Notes under the pieces: model-generated | Told to the model about the DNA's origin: nothing | Databases searched by the model: none | What the model saw: only the letters and a program-made list of their open reading frames with translations | Assembly (NCBI GenBank): GCA_942493055.1 | Contig: OW818680.1 | Coordinates: 4,105,902-4,169,901 of the forward strand | DNA: 64,000 nt | Direction of reading: 5' to 3' | From: an uncultured bacterium | GTDB lineage: Bacteria; Verrucomicrobiota; Kiritimatiellia; RFP12; UBA1067 | Shown here: positions 1-8,024 of the stretch, piece after piece | How the letters are laid out: every line of letters begins with the position of its first letter | How positions within the stretch are numbered: the first letter of the stretch is position 1 | Position numbers and translations under genes: made by a program

Positions 1-677
1 CGGCCCCAGGCCAGCCACGTGACGCGCCACAGGATAAGCAAGCCATAGAAGAGCGAGCAGATGTAGACGGTCTGGGGGAAGCCCGCGAGTATTTGCATGC
101 CGAAAAAGAGGCCGAACAGCATGAGCCATACGAGCATGCGGGCGGTGGACCTGAGGCGCGCATCCTGCTCACAGTCCCCCTGGTTCGCCACGGCCTTTTC
201 AAGGCAATAGAGGGCAAACGGGAAAAAGGCAGCCGTGCCGATGATGCCCAGATGTCGCATTTGGCAGACAAAAAAACCTGACCAGGCAAACGAGAAACCT
301 GAGAGAAACGCGCCGGCACGGGAGGCCCCGAGATGGCGCGCCAGCAGGTAGGTTCCTGTTGCGGTTATCAGCAGGAGGCATCCATAGAGAAGGCCTAAGG
401 CGAGCGCCGGGGGGAAGAGGGTAAAGAGGAGCATGGAGAGGGGGTCTACGGTAAACGGTGCCCCGGTCATGATATTCGATGTCCAGAACGGAAGTTCTCC
501 TGAACGGATGAGGTTCCCGGCCTCGACACGTATGGGGAATTCAGCGTCAGCCAGATCAGAAACAAAGACATCAGAGGGTATGGGGATCTCTTTTCCCAGA
601 ATAAGACCCTGGTACGGTGCGAGCACAGCGACACACAACGCGACCATGGCACATAGACCTTTAATCCGTTCGTTCAT
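1..677 (-). CDS. YfhO-like / GT-C-fold polytopic membrane protein, 3'-truncated by the window edge (absent from the ORF track)
   Basis: Hand translation from ATG at 677 stays open to the edge: MNERIKGLCAMVALCVAVLAPYQGLILG...SGELPFWTSNIMTGAPF...LARHLGASRAGAFLSGFSFAWSG...AGFPQ. The GxLPxW...GxP and G.s..GAfl.g..Fa.sG patterns are typical of YfhO-like proteins. Confidence 0.75.
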   Translation of the reverse strand, partial: MNERIKGLCAMVALCVAVLAPYQGLILGKEIPIPSDVFVSDLADAEFPIRVEAGNLIRSGELPFWTSNIMTGAPFTVDPLSMLLFTLFPPALALGLLYGCLLLITATGTYLLARHLGASRAGAFLSGFSFAWSGFFVCQMRHLGIIGTAAFFPFALYCLEKAVANQGDCEQDARLRSTARMLVWLMLFGLFFGMQILAGFPQTVYICSLFYGLLILWRVTWLAWG

Positions 678-698
678 AGTACAAAGTCACTTGGTTCA

Positions 699-2798
699 CT
701 AGACGTCTGCTGACCGGGTTGGGGGTTCTGGCTGGTAGAACCAGAACGCAAAGGAAGCATGATCGCCATAGAGTGTGATCCGTGGCCGGGGCTGCGTGAT
801 CGCCTCGGCGGGAATGATGAAGCTGATCTCGGAGAAGACGTCCTTCTCCTCCTGAATAAGGATCTCGTGGTAGCCAGCCTCCTTCTCGTCGACATGGATG
901 CGCAGTTTAAGCGGCGAGTTGAAACTGAAGCTATAGCCCCCTTGGCTGCCACCGTTACGCAGGCGGAGCGCGACGGTGCTTGTGGTCCGTAAGAGGACGC
1001 GCAGGGGCTGCCCGGGGGTGGCACGTATCGTCATGCTCTCGCTTCCGATAATGGCGCGTCCGACCTCTACAATGACGTTGGTCCCGACGTTCCCGGTCAG
1101 CAGCATGGGATGATAGTGGGCTCTATAAAAGCGGCTGAATTCGGAATAGGCGCAGCGTTTCTCGTCTTCGAGGTACCCGATATCCAGGCGGTCGACCTCT
1201 TTCCAGCCTTGCAGGGTTTTCTGGGAGGCAACTTCGAGCGGCTGGATGCTGCGCTCGAGCGTGGTCCAGTCGGCCTTTGCGGTGAAGAGGGAGTCAAGCG
1301 TGATCGGAATTTTCGTGGTATAGAAGACATTGGTTCTGGACGTGACCCACGAAGCGATGACCGGATCGAGCAGCCAGTAGTCGAACTGGCACTCCTTCTG
1401 ATGCTTGATTTTTTCGAAATTGACGGCAACCTCTGTCTCGGGGACGAGGAAGTCCGGGGAGTAGATGCCGCAGAGATGCATCAAGCGGCGTCCAGGGATC
1501 GCGTAGGCTGGTGCGAGCAAGGTCCCCACGCTCGCCTTTTTGGGCAGCAGGGTGTCCAAGGTCTTCAGGGCTTCATACTCCTGGTTGGAGATCTGGCTGT
1601 TATAATCAAAGCAGCTGAGCATCCAGAAGGCGGTCATGCTCTGATACCCGAGGAGCGCCCATACGGGGAGGGATTTGAAGCGTGAGGCGACATGGATATG
1701 CCGCGTGAGCCAGGTGGCCCCCTCTGCGGAATAAATGAGCCAGACTGGGAAGACCCATGCCAGGTAACGGTCGACATTCGTGTTCTGCCAGCCACTGGTG
1801 GCGACGGCCCCCAAGGCGGCCAGCAGAGCGACAATCCACCAGAGCTCCTTCCACGCTAACGGCTTCAGCCACGGGCGGCGCAAGATGCCGGTCCAGGCAA
1901 AGAGGGCACCGAAGAGCGGCAAGAAGAAAAATTCGCGGGGTGGGGCCTCGGGGGATCCCAGAAAGAATTCGCGCAGCATCCGGACCGCATCTTTTGCGCT
2001 CAGGAAAACGGCCGGGAGCAGGTCGTATTGCTTGAAGTAGCCTTTATAAACGATCGAATGGAACTGGGCCCCGCCGGTGAGCCAGATATTAAAGAGCGGG
2101 ACGCCTATGGCTGAAAGCGTTCCGGCGGCAGCGATCGCCCACTCGGTCTTAGACGCGGCTTGGCGCCAGAAGAGGCGGCGCGCCAGGAGCATGATTGGGA
2201 ACAAGACCGCCAGTACGCTGCCTTCAGGTCTGCACCAGGGGGCCAGCACCAGCAAACAGGCGAATGTCTTTGTGCGTCCGGTCAGCAGGGCTGCAAAGAG
2301 TCCGGCGCTTACGGCCATGAAGAGTCCTGTGTCGGTCTGGCCGAGTGCGCCGATGGTGGCATGTCCGTTGAGTGCCAGGAGCAGGCACGCGACTCCGCGC
2401 GAAAGGGGGGTCTGGCAAAGGCGGGTGGCAATCAGCGCCCAGGAGAGGATAAAAAGAAGATAGAAGGCGGCGTTCAGCGCGAACCCGGCTGTGATCAGAT
2501 CGTCTCCGGTGGCGCCGAGAACGTAGGGGATGGCCAAGAGGAAGGGGTAGAGGTGAGAGGTGGTTCCGGTTGAGGGCTTGTCGCCGGGGGAGAAGATAAA
2601 AGGCTGTCCCTCAGCGATTTGCCGTGCGGCTTGACAATAGAGGATGGTGTCGGGCTGGGGCATGGCGACATGATTGGTGGGGGCGGCCATGGCGCCGACA
2701 AAGTAATAAGCCCCGATTTGGACCAGGCCGCAAAAAATCATCAGCTTGATCAATTGGGGGACAGGTAAAAGGAAAAAGGTATTCATGTTTACTTTCAT
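699..2798 (-). CDS. GT-C-fold membrane glycosyltransferase-like protein with a C-terminal soluble domain
   Basis: 699 aa with many TM segments. The first loop DTILYCQAARQIAEGQPFIFSPGDKPSTGTTSHLYPFLLA resembles the acidic first-loop motif of GT-C enzymes; also has a PWCRPEG motif. Confidence 0.65.
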   Translation of the reverse strand: MKVNMNTFFLLPVPQLIKLMIFCGLVQIGAYYFVGAMAAPTNHVAMPQPDTILYCQAARQIAEGQPFIFSPGDKPSTGTTSHLYPFLLAIPYVLGATGDDLITAGFALNAAFYLLFILSWALIATRLCQTPLSRGVACLLLALNGHATIGALGQTDTGLFMAVSAGLFAALLTGRTKTFACLLVLAPWCRPEGSVLAVLFPIMLLARRLFWRQAASKTEWAIAAAGTLSAIGVPLFNIWLTGGAQFHSIVYKGYFKQYDLLPAVFLSAKDAVRMLREFFLGSPEAPPREFFFLPLFGALFAWTGILRRPWLKPLAWKELWWIVALLAALGAVATSGWQNTNVDRYLAWVFPVWLIYSAEGATWLTRHIHVASRFKSLPVWALLGYQSMTAFWMLSCFDYNSQISNQEYEALKTLDTLLPKKASVGTLLAPAYAIPGRRLMHLCGIYSPDFLVPETEVAVNFEKIKHQKECQFDYWLLDPVIASWVTSRTNVFYTTKIPITLDSLFTAKADWTTLERSIQPLEVASQKTLQGWKEVDRLDIGYLEDEKRCAYSEFSRFYRAHYHPMLLTGNVGTNVIVEVGRAIIGSESMTIRATPGQPLRVLLRTTSTVALRLRNGGSQGGYSFSFNSPLKLRIHVDEKEAGYHEILIQEEKDVFSEISFIIPAEAITQPRPRITLYGDHASFAFWFYQPEPPTRSADV

Positions 2799-2812
2799 GA
2801 AGGAATAAATAT

Positions 2813-2828
2813 AGCAGAAGATGTGCCG
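2813..2828 (-). promoter_or_regulatory. Candidate sigma54 -24/-12 promoter overlapping an extended -10 (TGcTATATT)
   Basis: Minus strand reads CGGCACATCTTCTGCT (GG-N10-GC), 16 nt before the ATG at 2798. Confidence 0.45.
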
Positions 2829-2869
2829 AAACGGAATAAGACTTTAATTTTAAAGTTCAAAAAAACACG

Positions 2870-2898
2870 TTGCAAAAAAAGAGGGTATGAGATATATT
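2870..2898 (+). promoter_or_regulatory. Candidate sigma70 promoter for the kinase gene
   Basis: TTGCAA-N17-TATATT. Confidence 0.45.
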
Positions 2899-2906
2899 TT
2901 AGATTT

Positions 2907-2927
2907 TGGCATTATTACTGCTATAAT
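2907..2927 (+). promoter_or_regulatory. Candidate sigma54 promoter overlapping a perfect extended -10
   Basis: TGGCATTATTACTGCT (GG-N10-GC) runs into TGCTATAAT; GTG start 14 nt after the C. Confidence 0.5.
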
Positions 2928-2934
2928 TTAAATT

Positions 2935-5049
2935 GTGTCAACTGGATCCCATAAGCCCTTATCGCTTCGCCCGGTCAATCGTGATACCTCAACTAAGCTG
3001 ACTCTTCCGATCACACCGGCTGCGGACAAAAAGACGAACGGTCTGCTGTTTGATCAGATTGATCAGGTAAGCTGCCCCCATTGTGGGTCGTTTGTCGCAT
3101 TGACGGGTGCTCGCCCGCTCTCCTTAATTCCCTGTCCGCATTGTGGCGGCAAGGTCTTTGCGTCGGTACGTCTGGCCAACTTCCTTATTCACGGCAATAT
3201 TGGCGAAGGGGAGATGGGGTCTATTTATCGTGCGACGGATGAGACCTTGGATCGTGAAGTGGCGATTAAGTTGCTCCGGGGGTCTTATGCAGGCGATCCG
3301 GATTCCTGTGAGCGGCTGCGTAAAGAGGCGTGTGCCTTGGGCAGGCTGAACCATCCCCGTGTCGCCCAGGTGTATGCGCTGAGTTTTTCAAACGGGCATC
3401 CCTATCTGGTCATGGAGTTGGTGACTGGGCAGGACTTTTCCAAAAAAGTCCAGGAGGAGGGGCATCTTGACGAGCGTGTCGTCCTTCGGATGGCCGGGGA
3501 CGTAGCCGAGGGGCTGGCTGCGCTGAACCGTGAAGGGCTTGTGCATAGCGATATTAAGCCTGCGAACATTGTGATGGACCGGGACGGGAATTCAAAGCTG
3601 GTTGATTTCGGGCTCACGGGGATGGCGAGGTATGACAGCAATCACAACCTCATGGGAACGCCTGACTATATTGCGCCGGAGTTGATTTATGGTGAGAAGG
3701 ACAGCCTGCGCAGCGATATCTTCAGCTTGGGCGCCACGCTTTATCATCTGCTCTCCGGCCGGCCGCCGACCCCGGGGATGACGGCGACGGAAGTGCTGAA
3801 GACCCGTATTGACAAGGTTCCGATTACGCCCTTGTCTGAGGTTGCTCCGCAGGTGTCGCCCGCGACCTGCAAGCTGGTGATGAAGATGCTGGAGTATCAT
3901 CCGGAAGACCGTCTCCAGAACAGCGATATCCTCGCGTATGAAGTCAAGGAGGCGTTACGGTCCCTGGACGTGCCGCAGCCCCCTGTACAACCTGGCAACG
4001 ACACGGTTGAGCGCCTTGAGATGTCCTTCGAGCAGCATGAGCCCCCCTTGGTCTTGTCTGAGGAGGACAAGGCCAACGCCCGTGAAGCCATGGATTCATT
4101 ATACGCTAGCCCCCCCAGTTCTTATGAAGTTCCTTCACCCCTTCCTTCCGTGAAGCCCGAAAAGGGTGCACGGCCGAAAAGACGGGGCAGGATCTTCTTT
4201 GTCCTGCTGCTCCTGACCCTTGGGGCTTTGGCTGTCGCTGTACAGTATCCACCGTGTGACAAAGTGTGGAACATGTGCTACTATCATGCGAGTATCTATG
4301 TCAACGATCTCGCCAAGCGTCAGCCGGTTGTGGGTAACGCCTTGAAATGGAGCGGGCAGAAGGTGGGTGAGCTGAGGAGCTTTATCGCTTCAACGCTCGG
4401 CAAGACGCGTGTACAGGCGACTCCGCTGCTGCCGCTGCTGAACGAGTTCGCAGACGAAACAAAACAACTTTGGCAAATTACCAATATTGGAGCCCAGTCA
4501 AAGAGTGGGACCACCTCGCAGACGGGAGGCGCACTGATGATCCAACTCCCGGGCGTCGTGGTTGACAGATGGGCATCCTGGCGGAACGGTTATGACCATG
4601 GCCGTTTTATCTGGTCAAAGGTCGCCACGAATTACTATGCGTTTTCTGCGCGGTTTGCCGCCACGGCCAATCAGGATCCGTTGAATGTGACGGGGATCCA
4701 GGTGAAAGGGACGGATGCCTCCGCCTCTCCGTGGCTGCTTTTCGGTTTCCTGGGAAATGGGGAGCTCTTTCTACAGGTCCGGAATCCGGACAACAAGGCC
4801 GTCATTGTTAAGCGTGCTAATCCCCTGGCGCTGGATCCGCGGTATCTGATGATCGTGCGCCGTGAAAATTTGTTTGAGGCCCTTCACTCACGAGATGGTC
4901 GCTCCTGGACGCCGTTCGGGAGATGTACGCTTGAGTTGCCGGCAGAACATGCGGTCGGATTCTTGATCGCCACGCTGGATCCTCAAAAATTCGCGACAGT
5001 CAGGTTTGATGCCATGAGCTTGAAACTGTTCCGCGCGGACAAGAAATAG
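2935..5049 (+). CDS. Hanks-type Ser/Thr protein kinase: N-terminal double Zn ribbon, kinase domain, TM helix, extracytoplasmic beta-rich domain
   Basis: CPHCG...CPHCGG; GEGEMGSIY, VAIK, HSDIKPAN, DFG, GTPDYIAPE, DIFSLG; TM IFFVLLLLTLGALAVAV. Confidence 0.95.
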   Translation: MSTGSHKPLSLRPVNRDTSTKLTLPITPAADKKTNGLLFDQIDQVSCPHCGSFVALTGARPLSLIPCPHCGGKVFASVRLANFLIHGNIGEGEMGSIYRATDETLDREVAIKLLRGSYAGDPDSCERLRKEACALGRLNHPRVAQVYALSFSNGHPYLVMELVTGQDFSKKVQEEGHLDERVVLRMAGDVAEGLAALNREGLVHSDIKPANIVMDRDGNSKLVDFGLTGMARYDSNHNLMGTPDYIAPELIYGEKDSLRSDIFSLGATLYHLLSGRPPTPGMTATEVLKTRIDKVPITPLSEVAPQVSPATCKLVMKMLEYHPEDRLQNSDILAYEVKEALRSLDVPQPPVQPGNDTVERLEMSFEQHEPPLVLSEEDKANAREAMDSLYASPPSSYEVPSPLPSVKPEKGARPKRRGRIFFVLLLLTLGALAVAVQYPPCDKVWNMCYYHASIYVNDLAKRQPVVGNALKWSGQKVGELRSFIASTLGKTRVQATPLLPLLNEFADETKQLWQITNIGAQSKSGTTSQTGGALMIQLPGVVVDRWASWRNGYDHGRFIWSKVATNYYAFSARFAATANQDPLNVTGIQVKGTDASASPWLLFGFLGNGELFLQVRNPDNKAVIVKRANPLALDPRYLMIVRRENLFEALHSRDGRSWTPFGRCTLELPAEHAVGFLIATLDPQKFATVRFDAMSLKLFRADKK

Positions 5050-5071
5050 CCCTTGTTTCATTTGAATCCTG

Positions 5072-5101
5072 TTGCAATCGTTTAGCAGATCAGGATATAC
5101 T
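5072..5101 (+). promoter_or_regulatory. Candidate sigma70 promoter for the histidine kinase gene
   Basis: TTGCAA-N18-TATACT. Confidence 0.45.
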
Positions 5102-5121
5102 ATTTCTTTATCCCGTTGAAA

Positions 5122-7050
5122 ATGAAAGCCCTACCCATAGTTAAATTCTGGAACAGTGCACGCCTTCGCTTGGGCGTTTTAACGATACTTGCACTTGCCT
5201 GTCTGCTGCTTACTTTTGACTTGGGGGCTCATTGGGGGGCTCTTGAGCAGGATGCGGCCGTATGGATGACAGTCATTATTGCCATTGCGGGCATCGGCAC
5301 CCTCTTCATCATCCTGGTTTTCAGCCTGCAATCGCGGATGATCTTCGCGCCCTTGAGGCAAATAACGGAGGCGGTCAAGAAGGTGATGGGGGGGCACTAT
5401 CCGCCCGGGGGCTATCCCAAGCTCGCATGGGAGGGAAAAGACGAGTTTGGCTTGTTCGTGCAGAGCATCAACGAGATGGTTGCGAGTTTGTCCGAAAAGA
5501 CACAATCGCTGGCGGAGCAACGCGAATACCAGGCAGCCCTTCTGGCGAGCATCCCGGATTGTGTCTGCCTCTTTGATCGCGAGGCGAGGCTTGTTAAAAT
5601 GTATAAGCAGCCGGATCTGGTTTCTCCCATTCGCGGCGTGGTCGCCGGGGAATGTTTGATGGCCCCCTTTTTCTTGGAGCAGGACTGTGAACATCTTCAA
5701 GAGGCTATCGGGAAGACGTTTGGGACGGGGAAATCCCAGTTGGCGTTTGTCTCCTTGCGCGAGACTTCGGAAATGTTCCGTCATTTTGAGGTCCGAGCCT
5801 GCAAAATCAATGTGGAACACGCGCTGGTTGTGCTGAAGGATATCACGCGGGAGAAGCGAGAATCTGATCATAAGAAGCAGGTCGAAGGGCACATGGTACG
5901 GGTTGAGAAGATTGAAAGCTTGGGCACATTGGCGGCGGGGATTGCCCATGACGTGAACAGTATGTTGACGGTGATCCGTAATACGCTTGAGGTGACCTGG
6001 AAAGACCCTGTCAAGGAGGAGTTGGAAGGGATTCGGACGATTCTTCAGGCCGCTGAAAAAGGATCCCAGTTGACGCGGGAGTTGATGACGTATGCCGGCC
6101 AGAACCAGGTGAAGTTCAAGCGGTCAGATCCGAATGAAATCGTACTGGCCATGGAGAAGTTACTTCAGGGGGTGATGGCCTCCAATGTGATTCTCGATTT
6201 AGATTTGGGGGAGAATCTGCCCAAGGTGGATGCGGATCCGCATCAATTCTGGAAGGTCCTTCTCAATTTATTAAAGAATGCGTCAGAAGCCATGAACGGG
6301 TTACGGGGTGCGGTCCGGATTAGAACGTATGAGCTGAGGTTGACAGAGCACATCAAGCGCGACTTTTTCTGCACACACTCCTTAGCCTGTGAGCCAGGGG
6401 TTGTCTTCGAGATCGCCGATACAGGCGTCGGCATTCCCAAGGAGATCCTTAAACGCGTTTTCGAGCCGTTCTTCTCAACAAAATCATCTGGACGCGGGCT
6501 GGGGCTTGCAACGGCATTTGGCATTGTGGACACACACAATGGCGCCATCTCCATCGCCTCAGAGGTCGGCAAGGGCGCCACCTTCCGTATTTGGCTGCCT
6601 GTTTCGAAGATGGCGCCAACAGAGGAAGACCAGGACAAGGTGAGTGAGAGCGTCATCAGCGCCAAAAAGTCAACGTCTGAGCGATCATGCGTCTTGATTA
6701 TTGAAGATGACCGAGCAGTGTTGCAGACGACACGCATTCTTTTGAAGTCGCTCGGGATTGATTCGCTGGAAGCGGTCAGTAAGCGGGATGCAATAGGGGT
6801 CTTCGGGAAGAATTCGGACCGGATCAACCTCGTTTTTCTGGACGCAACCATTGATAATCTAGACAATGTCAAATTGTTGGGTTTGTTGCGCCAGCATAAC
6901 CCGGAGATACCCGTGGTGATTGTCTCCGGGTATAGCGAAAAACGGATCGCTCAGATGTTCGCTGCTCAGCCGTTTGAAGGGTTTCTCGGCAAGCCCTATA
7001 CGCGTGATCAACTCATTGCGGCCATTCGCCCGTTTGTCAGCTTGGGCTAA
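5122..7050 (+). CDS. Hybrid sensor histidine kinase (2 TM, HAMP, PAS-like, HisKA, HATPase_c, receiver)
   Basis: H box AHDVNSML, N box NLLKNASEAM, DTGVGI, FEPFFSTK, GRGLGL; receiver motifs IIEDD, FLD, GKPY. ATG at 5122 preferred over TTG at 5116. Confidence 0.95.
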   Translation: MKALPIVKFWNSARLRLGVLTILALACLLLTFDLGAHWGALEQDAAVWMTVIIAIAGIGTLFIILVFSLQSRMIFAPLRQITEAVKKVMGGHYPPGGYPKLAWEGKDEFGLFVQSINEMVASLSEKTQSLAEQREYQAALLASIPDCVCLFDREARLVKMYKQPDLVSPIRGVVAGECLMAPFFLEQDCEHLQEAIGKTFGTGKSQLAFVSLRETSEMFRHFEVRACKINVEHALVVLKDITREKRESDHKKQVEGHMVRVEKIESLGTLAAGIAHDVNSMLTVIRNTLEVTWKDPVKEELEGIRTILQAAEKGSQLTRELMTYAGQNQVKFKRSDPNEIVLAMEKLLQGVMASNVILDLDLGENLPKVDADPHQFWKVLLNLLKNASEAMNGLRGAVRIRTYELRLTEHIKRDFFCTHSLACEPGVVFEIADTGVGIPKEILKRVFEPFFSTKSSGRGLGLATAFGIVDTHNGAISIASEVGKGATFRIWLPVSKMAPTEEDQDKVSESVISAKKSTSERSCVLIIEDDRAVLQTTRILLKSLGIDSLEAVSKRDAIGVFGKNSDRINLVFLDATIDNLDNVKLLGLLRQHNPEIPVVIVSGYSEKRIAQMFAAQPFEGFLGKPYTRDQLIAAIRPFVSLG

Positions 7051-7894
7051 TTTTGGAGAAGAGGTGTTGCCAGCTCTTGGGGTGTGCCAGGAAAAAGTGG
7101 CAAAACCTGCCGGAACGGTCAAGGATCTCTCGCTTGAGCTCTTCGTTCATCGGGTTGAGGAGCGTGACGAGCAACTCATTTCCCATCAGTGCAAAAGGCA
7201 GGACCCCCTTCACCGTACAGAACAGATGGGGCAATGTCTGAAGGGCTGCAGGTGTTGGCTCGAAGAGCTCTACAGGGATGGGGGGGATGTTGCAGATGCG
7301 TTGCATCTTCTCCATGACCGGATCCGTATATTCCGGATGGTGTTCATCGAGGATTGCCAATGCGGAAACCAGCAACGGGGTGTCTGTGACGGGACGTTCC
7401 GTCAAGGCGTTCATGATATCCATGCAAAAGTCTTTGGGTAAGTATTCGTTGTCATGCCAGAACCAGACCAGATCCATTTCCGCAGAGGCCGAGGCGTGAC
7501 TGAGGGAGTGCACATCGGCGGGCCACTCTTTTGTAGGCTTTGCAGGCGTAAAAGCAGCCCCCGGTGCAGGGGGAGCGCCTGCTGCTGCGGTGTCGGATAC
7601 GTTGTCCAGTTCAGCGAGCGCGGCAACGCGTTCAATCGCCAGCATGGCAGGCATGAAATCATGGAACGCTTTTAAATGCTCGGCAATGGCCTTGGCATTC
7701 TTATAATCGCTTTCCATCAACAAGACATCGACAAGCCGGACCAGCACATCTCTGCGTTTGTCTCTTTGCTTAGTCTGTTCATACGCCACGGCAAGGAACT
7801 CTAAGGCTGTCCTGTCCTTGGGCATGGTCTCGAGCATACCTTCAAAAAAGGCAATAGCCTCTATCATTTTAGGGTCGACTTGCGCCATATTCAT
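7037..7894 (-). CDS. TPR-like N-terminus plus a stand-alone T2SSE_N (PilB/GspE N-terminal-like) domain, no ATPase
   Basis: Helical N-terminus ALEFLAVAYEQ; C-terminus PPIPVELFEPTPAALQTLP...KGVLPFALMGNELLVTLLNPMNEELKREI resembles the corresponding segment of the adjacent PilB. Confidence 0.6.
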   Translation of the reverse strand: MNMAQVDPKMIEAIAFFEGMLETMPKDRTALEFLAVAYEQTKQRDKRRDVLVRLVDVLLMESDYKNAKAIAEHLKAFHDFMPAMLAIERVAALAELDNVSDTAAAGAPPAPGAAFTPAKPTKEWPADVHSLSHASASAEMDLVWFWHDNEYLPKDFCMDIMNALTERPVTDTPLLVSALAILDEHHPEYTDPVMEKMQRICNIPPIPVELFEPTPAALQTLPHLFCTVKGVLPFALMGNELLVTLLNPMNEELKREILDRSGRFCHFFLAHPKSWQHLFSKISPS

Positions 7895-7991
7895 TCCTTC
7901 TTTCGTATGATCAATTCATTAAAGCATACACGTTTAGAGAAGATTTGCAAGATTAAGAAGTAGACCGCCAAATAAAATATCTTCTTGCCAA

Positions 7992-8007
7992 TGGCACGCG
8001 ATTTGCT
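7992..8007 (+). promoter_or_regulatory. sigma54 -24/-12 promoter of pilB-pilC
   Basis: TGGCACGCGATTTGCT matches the TGGCACG-N4-TTGC(A/T) consensus exactly. Confidence 0.7.
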
Positions 8008-8024
8008 TTAATATTATACTCATT

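Noticed and set aside
7945-7958. UAS-like TTGCA-AGAT-TAAGA upstream of pilB
   Set aside because: Single, degenerate and only ~35 bp from the -24 element; too close and unpaired for a typical enhancer.
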